DNA of 64,000 bases. Source: Epiperipatus broadwayi (taxonomy: Eukaryota > Animalia > Onychophora). Where the stretch lies: assembly GCA_028023455.1 (NCBI GenBank), contig JAQFVV010000003.1:16306001-16370000 (forward strand), written 5' to 3'. The translations under genes and the position numbers were made by a program. This document shows, in pieces, positions 36,630 through 49,789 of the stretch; the first letter of the stretch is position 1, and every line of letters begins with the position of its first letter. The notes under the pieces were generated by a model that was not told where the DNA came from, did not search any database, and was given only the letters and a program-made list of their open reading frames with translations.

Positions 36630-39264
36630 TGTAACAGTCAGAAAACGTGTGACTCATAAACATAGTGCAGAATTCGACCACCACACAGAACAGCAGCACC
36701 ATCGAGGTAGCGAAGCCACCTATGTTACTGAGTTCGAACATAGTTTATCGGTTCCATGAAACAACGCATCTGATGCGACATTAGTAAATATTTCCTTAGG
36801 CACGGTGGTCAGGGATATGAAAGAGATTCATGATTTTATTCTCGAGTTAGCCAATAATCAAACTAATATTAATTAAACATTCATATTTACATAATCTAGG
36901 AAATATTATATAGAATGGGTATCGAATAAATGAAACGTAACTGCAGACGTATAGTTTAAAATTATTTATTCACACATTTTAATAAAATCATTTACTAATA
37001 ATATTTTATGGATTCAAAGCTTCATTAGCGGGATTTGCAATACTATTATATTTTAAAGAATACATTTATTTATTTACATTATTTTATATTGAGGGCTTCA
37101 GTAGCGGTATTTCCGATACTGTAATGTTTACAAAAGGAATACATTTATTTGTTTCGACCGTATTTTATCTTGAGGACCTCAGTAACGGTGTTTCCAATAC
37201 TGTAATGTTTACAAAAGGAATTCATTTATTTGAAGGCGTAATCTAGCTACCTAAAATTCTCGAGTAAGTATTTCTAATGCATGCCTTGTGGAATTTATAC
37301 CTTTGCAATGCAAGAGTCTAAAGTAAGATTTAAGAGTAGCGGCGGACATATATTTATTTAATTAAAATATTTATTTATCACTAAGGGCAAACATTTATTT
37401 GAGAGTGAATTACGAAGATAATGGAAAGGCGGAGTGATATATAGAATAATAAAATTAAGTAAAGGAACACGTACGCTTTAGAAAGACGATATGGAATGGC
37501 AGTATATCGAAACTGCAATGATGTGAATGAGTTTATGAGAATGTCGGGCTGGTCTCTGCCATCGGCCTGACAAAGTAAGGTGTCACATAAGCATAACCAG
37601 GGACAAGCGGTCTGTGTCGCAGTTTGCCGGCTGGCTGCATGATGTCGTCGAGTCCTACGGGAGCATTTATTATGTCCGCTTGTGTAGGACAACTGGGGTT
37701 AATTTCAACCCTGAAGAATCCGGAAATTTCATGGCGGAATGGGTCATCGTGTCTCTAAAACGTAACATGTATAATGTATAAATGATTATGATATTTTAAA
37801 TAGATTTCTAACTCGGCCCTACATTATCAACATTTCCTAAAGAACGTTGGCGACTCTCAAAGAAATGTAATTTGATGGAATTATTCATTAAGATTTAATA
37901 TATACAAAACATATCTAAACTGGGAATGATTACAACTAATATGCCAGCCATTTGCGAAGTTGTAGACCCCTGCATTACAATAAATGAAGCATTGAATGCG
38001 TGTCGGTTTATATGAAAATTAAATTATTTATGAAAGTAATGTTAATGAAATCTGACATGCATTCACTATTCCAAGCGATCATAGATTTAAACTTTGAACA
38101 TCGAGACAATTATTAGCATGCAATAATTAAATAATAAATATAGATAAAATGTAGATCTTAGAAATACGCACCCAAGAAAGATAGAATGAAGGAAGCTAGA
38201 TTATTAGAGAAATTTACACATTAAGTTAATTATTCAATTTTAGTTATACAAATGGTAGTTTTTACATTTTACAATTTAGATAAGTAATATGAAGAATAGC
38301 TATAGCATGTTATTAGAGTACTCTAGAGTTTGAACATGGACAGGTACCTGTTTTATAAGAAGTTTTCTGATTCCATTAGTTTAGCAGCAAAAAGTTCACG
38401 AGTGGCAATTCTTTCTTGTATTTAGATATTTCATTTACTTTCACAGCAGCAGTAGCTTTCTCATTTATTTCAGACAGCAGATCTTCATGGTGAATTTATG
38501 ACGGGCAATGGAAAGTTCGGCATCCGATAGGCCATCTCCTGATGGAGAATAATTTAGGTGCTTTTACTCGGTCATACCTTGGCAGGAACAAATTATTTTT
38601 ATATTTTGGAGACTCTCAGTGATTGAGAGCAAAGCTAAAGTTGAAGTGAATGTCTCCAGCAAGTCTAAGATGGCCTCTTTTTTTATCTTGATCTTTCACA
38701 TTTTTGTTAAGGTATTTTTAGGTTCTACTTAATCTGCCCTGAGGATAATCAATGCATTTTGTTGGTTTTAATTAAAGAAAGCTGTCGTTCTATTGTTTAC
38801 ATTTTACATTTACTAATTACATTTTGGGGAATTTTTCTTTAATTAATCTATTATCTATCACTGACCGATGATTTTAAATTTCAAAGACAAAAAGGGAACA
38901 TAAGATCATTTTAACTTTTAATTAAATATTACATCAGATTTTTTTTTAGAATTATTATTAAACGAAATTTAAACAAAGCAATAAATACGAACTTTATAAT
39001 CCAAAATAAATGATTAAAATTATACAAAAATATATAACTAAAAGAAATCTAAATTATATTATTTTATCCCTATTTATTGCCTTTAATTTGAGATCGAAAT
39101 GTGTGCGTGTTTATGCTGAATTCTACATATATTTATACATTTTTAATATTGCTACACACACAACTCGATACCAAAAAGTTTAAATTTGGGTGGGATAGAC
39201 CGGTCAGTGAGAGACGACAGAAAAAGGTGAAACTTAAGATTCGAATACGAATCTTACTGTTTCA
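36630..39264. mobile_element. Nested solo LTR (2635 bp) of a related Gypsy-type family
   Basis: TGTAACAG...CTGTTTCA termini; ATAT TSD at 36626-36629 and 39265-39268; empty site (CTCA-ATAT-CACAGTGG) seen in internal region 1 at ~31641; CpG-rich; internal ~75-bp x3 repeat at ~37020-37230. Confidence 0.8.
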
Positions 39265-39660
39265 ATATCACAGTGGTGGCTTGCTTTTTCACTTACATAT
39301 TGTCTTTGCAGATCCTTGTTACTGTTTGATCTTCTAATTATATGGGTCTGGTATGGACCATGAACACCATCTGTGGTTTTTCTCTTGTTCCTTTTTCATG
39401 GTGGTACTTCATTTTTAGAAATTAATAAAGGTCTATTTTTGTTTCTGCCATAGCAACTGTTTTGTTTATTTTTTTTTTGTTATTTGTAAAAGTTTCTTGT
39501 TGCTTAATTTTTTTCACATTTATAAATCCTGAGTTTTCAGATTCTTTTCCTGCATCAGCAAGTATATTTTTAATAACTGTCTTTGTAATTTTTTTTTGTA
39601 CTCAATTTCTGATTTAAGCTGATTGAGTTTTTGTTTATGGTTTCTATATATGACTGAGGA

Positions 39661-40754
39661 CTAACATCCTTTTCTTTCAGATTTTATGGGTTTTTTTTCT
39701 ACCTCTGTTATTGTTTCAGAGCATATATCAGACAATTTTTCTGAAATATTTTCTTTTATATTGGACAGTTCCTTAATTATATGGGAATTAAGTTTTTGAT
39801 TATGTTCATTTTCATATTTTTCATCTTCTTGAAGATCAGAAGATTTTAATTTTGCTTTATTAGATTCATTTTCATCCATTTGAAACTCTTTTATTGTGTT
39901 TGATAGTATTTCAGTCTCAGCTTCCGTATATGCTGCTTCTTTTTTTTCAATTTTAGAGATATATTCCACAATTAAAAGTTTTCCTGAAGGTGGAATGACA
40001 ATTTTGATATCACCCTTTGTAATTTCAATTTCTTCCTTTTTAACAATCTCAAATTTTGCTTCATCAGTAATAGGATATTCAATTTGTGATTTATTTAAAA
40101 TATCTTTGGTTGGAAATTCTAAAGTTTCTTCAACTTGTTTTAATTTAACAGTATCCTTTGACTCCTTTTCTGCTTTAAAATGTTCCTCCACTAAACTATT
40201 TTTTTCAATCAATTCTGACATCTCCTTTTGAATATCAATGTGTAACATTTCTTTTATTAACTGGTTGAACTTTTCATTTTGACTTTCGGTTATTTCTCTT
40301 ATTTGTTCTTTCAATTCTCTTGTCTTCTTCTCTCTGTTCATCTCTTTTCTTGTTGTTTTTTTCTCTGTGTTCACTGTTTTTTCTCTTCCTCTCTTTTCTT
40401 GTTGTCTTCTCTTTCTTTTCTTGTTATCTTCCTCTCTTTTCTTGTTGTCTTCTTCTCTGTTCCTCTCTTTTCTTATCTTCTCTCTGTTCACTATGTTCTT
40501 TTTTATCTTCCTCTCTGTTCTTGTTGTCTCTTTTCTTGTTGTCTTCTCTCTGTTCCTCTTTCCTTATCTTCTCCTCTCTGTTCTTTGTTATTTTCTTTTA
40601 TCATTTCCATTAACTGGGCTAACATGGACATCTCTCCTGTTCTCCGTGATTGCTTTCGATCGTCTGCTTTGTCTTCTTGTTTATCTTCTTTCTCATGAAG
40701 ATTCTCTATACTTTCTGTATTCATCATCTTTTTTGTTTTTGATCTGTTTATCAT
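39661..40754 (-). pseudogene. Frameshifted gag-like coiled-coil ORF, internal region 2
   Basis: ORFs 40503..40754 and 39661..40491 (276 aa), homologous to internal region 1. Confidence 0.65.
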
Positions 40755-41011
40755 TAATATTTTGTTATAGTTTATTTGTACTTTTTATTTCAATTTTGAT
40801 AAGCTTCTCTCTCCATCCATACCATGATTTAACTCCAAGTCTTTGTTATGCCTGTTTTATTCTTTATCTACCATTTATGCCATTCATTTTTGTTCTTTTT
40901 TATTTTTCCACCCTTTTTGAATAAATCACATCACTACATCACATGCACTGTTAACATCACAGAATTGTGATCTGCTTATGCCTTTGGATAGGCTAGCTAG
41001 ATAAGGCCAAA

Positions 41012-44000
41012 TGTAACCACACCCGTACAACCCTTTTATTACTTCATTTGTAACAATTTCCTGATAAGCATGTTGCAGGAAGGAACTATCGATTGGCATT
41101 CCCCAATGCAGATGTTACCCCCCTACAACAATATTTCCTGCTCATTAGAGGATGTAGCACGATAGAGACTGGAAGCATCTAGACATTTCTGTTTGGTTTT
41201 CCAAACGGCGCCACTAGAGTTCCATCTCATTACAACCTGACTTACCTAAGTCTAGTTATGCCAGACATAGCTCAGGAGGCATGAGATTCTCATGAACAAG
41301 TGCACTGAATGATGAGTGATGCAATAAAAACTAAATAGAATTGAACAACTGGATAACTAAAATTAATTTTAAGTAACAATAATTTTATTTAATAGCAGGT
41401 TTAAATAAATGTCCATCAAGCAAAATATTTCATTAACAGTCCCTGTATCTCTTAGGCCTACTTCCAATAACATTTTAGATGGCTTAGAGAATGTAATCTG
41501 TTGAGAGTATAATAAAGTCCTTTTCTCAAAAGTTCTTCAACAGTTTGCATCTTTAATTATTTAGTTACTTCATAGAGAGGAGTGTGATATATTAAGACAA
41601 CAGAGATAATAATGAAGACAATTAATAGCTCTTGATTCAGAGTTCCACGTAATTGTGATTTGTATTATTTTAGATGGTAGTCACATGTAATGTGGTTTAA
41701 ATTATTCATGTATGAATATATCCTTTACAGACATAATAATGAAGATAACTAATAGCATTGTATTTAATTCAGAGTTCCACTTAAATTTGATTTGTAGTAT
41801 TTTAGATAGTAGTCACATGAAATGTGGTTTAATTATTCTTGTATGTAGATATCCTTTACAGATATAATAATGAAGATAACTAATAGCATTGTATTTAATT
41901 CAGAGTGAGTTCCACTTAATTTTGATTTGTAGTATTTTAGATAGTAGTCACATGTAATGTGGTTTAAATTATTCATATTTGAAGATATCCTTTACGGACA
42001 TAATAATGAAGGTAACTAATAGCATTGTATTTAATTCAGAGCTCCACTTAATTTTGATTTGTAGTATTTTAGATAGTAGTCACATGTAATGTGGTTTAAA
42101 TTATTCATATATGAAGATATCCTTTACAGACATAATAATGAAGATAACTAATAGCATTGTATTTAATTCAGAGTGAGTTCCACTTAATTTTGATTTGTAG
42201 TATTTTAGATAGTAGTCACATGTAATGTGGTTTAATTATTCTTGTATGTAGATATCCTTTACAGATATAATAATGAAGATAACTCCTAGCATTTTATTTA
42301 TTAGCCCGTTAGGGTTATATGCAATAGCTCCGTATTTCTGACTCTTCTAGGTATACTTATTTGTATATTAGTAATATAAATCATTACAAGTAATCATGTT
42401 TAGTTTTTCTTAATTCAAATATATCTGCAGATGAAACGTCAATCCTTACTAAAAATGCCTATTGATTATAGATTTATATAATTTATTATTAATGAAATGC
42501 ATTTTCACATAATTCATTATAAGAAAGATATTCGTTTTTTTTTTATTTCTTTAAACACGTATAAGTATTGAATAAAATACCCTTTGATTATTGACATTTA
42601 AGACATCTAGCATTTACAATTTATTATCAACAAAACATATTTTTTTACGCAGCTATTTTTATTAATAATTTTTTATTTATTTATAATAAAGACGTTTTGT
42701 TTGTCTTTTAAAAACACATATGATTTTAGTTTCATTTATAATAAACATTTTAATATAGCTACATTTGTTCATAATTTTAGTTTAAGACGTTTTGTCTTGT
42801 TTTTATAAACACATAAATATTGAATATTTTATAAAATTGTTACCTTCATTTTTTTATTTCCAGTCTGTTCCATCAAAAAGGGTTCCTTTTATTTAAGCTG
42901 AATGGCATTGTTTACTTTCTGTGATGTTTACCCAGGCAAATCTTGGAGAAACATGGCATTGGAATGAAGAAAGAAAGCTGTTACTGTTTAGCTTTTCATC
43001 GTTATGTTTTCCTTAATAATATTTTCTTTTTCCCATCATTAATAGTGGTTCTTTAACTGCTCTTAATATCTTTTTAAAGTTAAAATCTTTTTTCAAAATT
43101 CTTCTTTAACATCTACTTGAAAAATACCTCTTTGAAAAAAATAAGTCTTTGAAAAAACTTTGGTACTTATAACGTAATCGGGCTTGGCCACTTGATGGTA
43201 TTCTGGCTCACCAAAACACCTAACAAATGCCATTCACAAGGCCTGACTTATGGCTATAGAAAACATCTGTTTGTCTTAGCCATTAGACCGTTTATGATGT
43301 GTAACGCAAAAATAATATGGCCTATTTCTGCTTCGCGACAGTTATTGTGAATCCACACACTTATCTTTCATTTACAGTTTAATATATATGTGTGTTTAGT
43401 TGGATTAGTCAAATTTTTACAATATACGTTATACAATATTTGTATTTATAATTTATTTAATAAACATGAATTTATAGTAATTTTCTAAATGGCCACACCC
43501 TTGTTTAGAGAATGTGTAGTGTAAAAGCTTGCCGAGGGTAGGTAGAAAAGAATTCGGCTGATATCGCGTGTGAAATCTCGTTTTCACATGAAATACCATG
43601 CAGTTGATAAAATGGATGGCGATCAACTTTTTCCGCAGTTGCCGACAACAGAAGCCGAGTATTTCTGCTGTCCAATAAAAATATACATGATTTTTTGTAA
43701 ATTTCATAGAAAGCACATATTATAAACATGTTTAATAAGTAAATAAGACATTTATATGTGTTGTTGTTTAAAAAAGTTTTGAGTTTCTTTCTTTTGTCCT
43801 ATGGTTATGATTTTGATATCTTTTATTTTAGCATTACAAATAACAGAACACTAACCCTAAAACTAACCCTAACCTACACAGTTTTGTTATGTAGAAAGCA
43901 ATAATTAAGTGAAAGACATCGCTAAATAGACATCGCAGAGTAGCAGCTTTGTCCAAAAACAGCGATTTAAAAATAAAAAAAAATGGTCGTTTACCAATAA

Positions 44001-44938
44001 TTAAGAGAAAGACATCGCTAAATAGACATCGCAAAGTAGCAGCTTTGTCCAAAAACAGCGATTTAAAAATAAAAAAAAGGTTATCATTTACCAATAATTA
44101 AGAGAAAGACATCGCTAAATAGACATCGCAAAGTAGCAGCTTTGTCCAAAAACAGCGATTTAAAAATAAAAAAAAAGATTGTCGTTTACTAAATACAAAA
44201 TTAAAATTAAACAACTTTTTAAATAAAAAGGCATGAAAAAGGTTATAGCAATCAATAAATTAATAATCAAAAAAAAAAAAAACAGCGATTCGATTTAAAA
44301 ATATAACGCGGCCCTGAACATTGTATTGTATTGTTTTTGACTGCCAACAATGCCATCAAGTGGCCAAGCCTGATTACATTATAATTACCAAAACTTTTTT
44401 AGAATCTTAAAAAATCTTTTTGAAAAAACTTTTTGAAAAATCTGCTCTGAACTCGACTATAAATATTCTGCTTCTTGGATTGATTAAGCAGCTCAGCCCA
44501 CATATCTTAGTTGTCTCACCGCTTTCATTTAAGTCCAATTGCTTTTCTCTTTCCAAGGATTGGACAATATTTTTTGTGGGACAGATAATGAACCAGGAGG
44601 ATTAATTCATGTTTTCCAATTTATTGACTGCCTCAAGCTATTCACCCTTTATTCGAAAACATCATTCCAAAAATTAAAAATGTAATAAAAAAAAAATGCC
44701 AGCTTTAAATAAATACGAGTGATATATTTAAATTATATTGTAATTTAAAACTATAAAATCAATAATGATTTTCTTTTAACTATAAACTTTTTGCTTTATT
44801 TCTTTCAATAATGATTTTCTTTTAACTAAAAACTTTTTGCTTTATTTCTTTTTTAATTTGATCAAATCATGATAGTCTTTTTTAAATGGGGGGGGGGGAA
44901 TCTTTTGAATATATATACGTGGAACAGTATATCTTTCA
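41012..44938 (-). repeat. LTR3 (interrupted by 1230-bp TIR element; five minisatellite units)
   Basis: TGTAACCACACCC...TATCTTTCA|ATAT. Confidence 0.85.
43161..44390. mobile_element. Non-autonomous TIR DNA element, 1230 bp
   Basis: ~42-bp imperfect TIRs TGGTA(C/A)TTATAA(C/T)GTAATC(G/A)GGCTTGGCCACTTGATGG; TSD AAACTT at 43155-43160 and 44391-44396 (empty site in LTR1/LTR2); internal 3 x ~96-bp tandem repeat at 43899-44190; no ORF. Confidence 0.85.
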
Positions 44939-46968
44939 ATATATAGCTTGCTTTCTATTATATATAAAGAATCTGTTATTATGAGTATGGGTTTGAATTA
45001 GGTAAGGATACTTTTAATGGTTTTGGAGGAGCGTAAGATCACATCTTACAATAGGAAAGGAGGCAAAAATGAAATAAAAATTTGAATTTTAGAATATTGA
45101 AAAGAGATTCAAAATAAATTGTATGAAAATGGGTGGTAAAGAAATGAAAGAGATAATTTGTTGGTATTATGAGAACAGAATAAAACAAAAGTTTTTATTA
45201 AAATAATGTAGTAGGAAAAAAAAACATGACTATTGGGAGAATGATTTAGTAAAAGTAATAAAAAATAGATGGATTTATTGTGGTATTTAATATTTTCTGA
45301 AGGTGGGATGTTTAACTCATTTAACAAAGCATCTAAACTATGCAAATAAACTTCTGATTTCATTTAAGGAAAAACCATTGATACCACATCTTTTCTACTG
45401 TGATTTTCATTTGATTTGAAAATTGAAAGTCTTGAGCTTTTTAATGCAAGCCAAGTAGCTTGTGTATGTATATACATATAGGTTTTACATCACATATTAA
45501 CAATCTTTTGGTTACTTCATTTTTAAATTAAATATGTCGTGGATTTAAAACATTATGGTATTCTGAAAGTTGTATTTTTGGTGAACATTATACTGTAAAT
45601 TCAGCATTCTCTACAAGAAAACCAAGTAATTAGTTAAAAAAGTAATGTAAGTATGATTACTACTATCTAGTATCCAGTGATTTTACTTAATAAAAATGGC
45701 ATTGTGACTTCTAGAGTTATTACTTTAATGAACATAAGCTAAAGATAAATATTTATTAATACAGTTTCTTAAAAGTGTAATATTTTATTAAATAATTTTC
45801 TAATAAAAACAAATGTTATTTTCCCATTACACCCTATATATATATAATATTAATAAAACTAATGTAAAGCTATTTACAAAAATGACACATAGTCAATATA
45901 TTATCATATATGTTTAAATTTTTCAGCTTGACTTATATACATAATTAAGTCATATATTATTTTTCTTAACTAACTCAGCCATATGTAACATTTGTGTCTT
46001 ATTATTTATAATGAAAAAAATGAAATATATAAATGTATGTAATGATATATATAAAGAGAAATATGTAGGTATGGATATTACCAAACATTTATTATCTGCT
46101 TTAAGAGCATTGTAATCAATTAACCCAGATGATAGAGTATTGAAACTTTAAATCATTAATTTAAATAATAAAAAAGTAAAATGTTCGCTGGGTGTGCATT
46201 CTAGTGCTTGTCATTGCAACTACTCAGAAGAATTTTGTTGACACTAAATTTATCAGTATCCTTTTATTATTCATACTTATGATAGATACTTCCAGAATAT
46301 AGTGAATTATAGCTTTTAAGTTGTATAAATGTTGATGGCTTTATATGTGAATCAAAATGCTTCTTAAAATAGAATATGAGCGATTATATAAAAAATGTTT
46401 ATGGAATCTAAAGTGATTTATATCTATATTCAATTAAATTAAAGTGTATTTTGTAAATGGAATTGAAAGTACTGTGAACCAATAATTAAACTGTGTGAAC
46501 ATTCATCAATTTCATTTAGTATTGTTTTAATATTTATTGATGTAAGATAACTGAAAACTTGAGTGAACCTAATATTTAAATTATAAATTGTTAAACATGA
46601 ATTCTGAAGAAGATTGCTGGGGCAATCAAAACTGTAAAAAAGGATGGTAAATAAAGCATTGTGTAACAGTAGTAAAATGCTTGGATGATTTAGTATTATA
46701 TATAAAATTCTCTGTTGTTGAACTTGATACAAGATAACTTTAAATGTTAAAAGGCTATAAATTGTTGGGCAATTGGCTCTTCTGTTAAAAAATATAATTT
46801 AACACATCACTTTCTTATAAAAGCAAAAAAAAAATGTATTTTCATTTATAAGAAATATTTACTCGAGCTCTATGTAAAATTAACTTCATAGTGAAGTTGG
46901 TGAACTGTCAAGTGTATACCAATAATTATGTGAATTTGAAATAATTACTCAAGACAATGAGATGCAAA

Positions 46969-47445
46969 ATGGCAGCCGACCAGTTATCATCAACAGGTAA
47001 AACATATTTAGCTTCGTTATTAAGTTACCTTCAAAATAGAAATGGATTAAAATGATTTTCAGGACTTCAGAGAGTAACAATGTAGTATCAAATATTTTAC
47101 TAATTGCATTATTCAAAAGTATACTTAATGCGATTTTTTCATTAAATATTTTGTGATTGAACCATAACAGTATCATGGAGAGAATCATTATATATTGGTG
47201 TCCAACTAAAACTACACAATTTAACTAAATTTGATTTATTAAGTATAATTATAAGCATTACATTGTTTAGATCAATTCCCAATCCACTTGTAAATATTCA
47301 TACTCTGAGAAACTAATCATTATAGAAATGGTTTATATGCGAGAAATTGCACCACTATGTAATGAATATATTGTATAAAATTGAAACTTCTCCATCTTTT
47401 CCAGAAAATGAGTTACAGAAAAAGAGGATCCTAAACCTGCTCTAA
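46969..47445 (+). other. Candidate spliced small ORF or decayed first exons (MAADQLSST|ENELQKKRILNLL*)
   Basis: CAAAATGG start, ACAG|GTAAAA donor at 46996/46997, strong acceptor cttctccatcttttccag| at 47404, in-frame join, stop after 22 codons. Confidence 0.3.
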
Positions 47446-48299
47446 TTCCAAAACTATAATTGCAGATATGTAAAACTACATGAACATATTAGCTAAATTG
47501 TGGCTTCTGGTGAATTACTTTTATACTATCCCTAGAAGCAATGCCCAAACTTCACAGCATTTAATAATAATGATTTGAGTTTTTGATGTGTTCCTTGTAA
47601 TAGTAATCAATGTCATTATAATGAGAACTAGAAACAATTTTTGTATTGAGGGGTTTATCATAAAACTATTTTTACAGAATTATTAATATTGACTGTCCTC
47701 ATTGAAAAATCAAACTATTCATTTTTCTATTTTATTATTTCCATAGTGATGAAACAACGGTTGCAATAATAAAACTAGAATTGAATTCTTTTGGGATATT
47801 ATAATAAGTTTGAATTTGCACATATACAGTCTCAGACATGATTGATATTTGACTACCAGTCAAACAAAGCTTGTACTTCAATATTATTAATACCTATTGT
47901 AATTTTTGGATATTCTTGAGATACAAAATTTAGTCTCATTATCCCATTCACAAATCAGATTATCTACTCTTTTTATCTCTATTTCGTCTTCTGCCATATT
48001 TTGTGTATCTTTTCTACTTCTCAATTTCATACACTTATATTTTCAAAAAAATATATATAATTTTTTTTTGTATTATTTTTCCCATTATATACTTTGCTTG
48101 GTTTCTATTTATTACTTATCTTTTATTAACACATTTGCCGAAATTGCTCCCCCTGCTGTCACTTTACCTTACAAGCTATTTTATTTCCATCATTTTGCCT
48201 ATTCTTTTTTTTTTTACCTACATACGTGAAACAAAAAAAAAAAAAAAAATTTTTTTTTCCCCCGAAACTTATTTTTAAAATTTTATTATTCTATCATTT

Positions 48300-48700
48300 T
48301 ATTCCTATCTCAGGACATGGTTATTGTCAAAGCCTTGAGTTGGGCCACCATTGTACGTCCATGGTATAATTAGGGTTTTTATGAGTTAATTATCTTGTAT
48401 TCAATGACCAAGCTACGTTCGATTTGATAAATTTTCACCAGAAAATTTCAGTGAATTTTATTGAACACAGTTATTTTTCCTGGTCGCACAACTCGCTAAA
48501 CATAATTAAAGTTGAACAATAGAGAGGAGAGAACCAGCTTTCAATTTATTTGAAAAGGCACCAGGATTCTATGTAAGAATCCACTGGCTAAACCCCACCT
48601 ATTTATTTAGTCTCAATAAAATTACTTGGAATATCCGGAGGATTGTATTTTCAAGTACAGCATCGGCAATTTACTTAATCAAATTATAAGGGTTAAATTT
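48300..48700 (-). mobile_element. Third copy of the Penelope-like 3'/pLTR repeat family
   Basis: gaaccagcttt..aggcaccaggattc..gaatccactg..ggaggattgta is shared with ~1610-1745. The minus strand shows AATAAA then CTGAAA..hairpin..CGAACGTAG, a degenerate hammerhead-like tail. Confidence 0.5.
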
Positions 48701-49789
48701 AAATGAATTTACATAACTAATAATCAACAACTAAATGTCAACGTAGGTTATATTTAAATTTATTGATACATAATGAAATATTTAATATTATTGAGAGAAT
48801 AAAATAATATAGGGATTAAAACTACTACTAAGATTTAATTTTAATAGATATGACTCACGATGGCAGTTTATCACATTTAAGAGTTCAAGAAAAAGTGATC
48901 ACTGATATTGAATTAAGTTTCTTACCAATAAGTTTAACTGTTCACATATAATATAGAATTTACCATGCATGGATTTATCTTGGGAGGGATCCGCTGTTCA
49001 CTATTCTTGCAGTCTATAAGCACTCCATGATTTCCAATTTAGTAGATGACTTCACTTGTAGTTCATGACATCAGGTAAAAGCAACAACAGCAAACAAACT
49101 TCTACTCACACATCTTAGTATGATTTAACATGGTGAGAATAGTTTAACATGCTATTCATAATTTCTTCAATGCTTAATATTTATTTTTAACTTTTATTTC
49201 AGGAATAAATATCTAAGAACCCTGATGCACAATGTGTTTTTCTTTTTATAGTCCTGATTTTTTTAGGCTCTGCGCAACTCCTGTTAATTTAGACCAAATT
49301 TAATGTAATTTAGCCCACAAAGTTTTCCTTTTTTTTCTTGGGTTACCATCTATAATTACCGAAGGAATGCTGTGATTTTATTTTACATACTGCTAATGGC
49401 TTCATGATAAAGGTTTGTTTTATCTTTACAAAATACAAAGTCGTTTCCCTTTTTGTTTTTATTATACTCTTTATATCTTTTCTCTCTATTCAATTTCTTT
49501 TAACACACACAAAAAAAAATCTATACAACCATGTCTAAACTAAATTAATCAGATATTTAAATAAAAATATTCTCTTTTTAGGAATTTAGTTCTAAATTGC
49601 CAATGCAACTTGTACTAGAATAAAAATACAGTACAATATATATAATCAGTTAATTGAGAGGTATGTGCTAGTTTTTGAAATTAGATAGTTGTGGGCTGTG
49701 ACATGATATGATAAGAGAAAGGATTCTTGCAGTGATGAAAAATCTGATTTTTGAAATGAAGTTATTCATTGAGGATATATCTTAGTAAC

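Larger units (their letters stand above)
28512..44938 (-). mobile_element. Tandem non-autonomous Gypsy-type LTR element: LTR-int-LTR-int-LTR
   Basis: Three homologous ~2.4 kb repeats bounded TGTAA...CTGTTTCA (+ strand; LTR3 ends CTTTCA), separated by two homologous ~2.5 kb internals. ATAT TSD at 28508-28511 and 44939-44942. Minus-strand PPT GGTG(A/G)GGGGTAA directly abuts the TG of the LTRs. Gag-like ORF on the - strand; no pol. Confidence 0.85.

Noticed and set aside
37718-37745. CCCTGAAGA..hairpin in the solo LTR
   Set aside because: No GAAA follows the putative stem II; not a hammerhead.
43850-43876. Telomere-like CTAACCCTAA repeats
   Set aside because: Only 2-3 imperfect units, internal to a TIR element; not an interstitial telomeric array.
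49013-49260. Exon-like segments with good splice signals (49013-49074; acceptor at ~49202)
   Set aside because: All three frames are closed; at most UTR or lncRNA, which cannot be supported from sequence alone.
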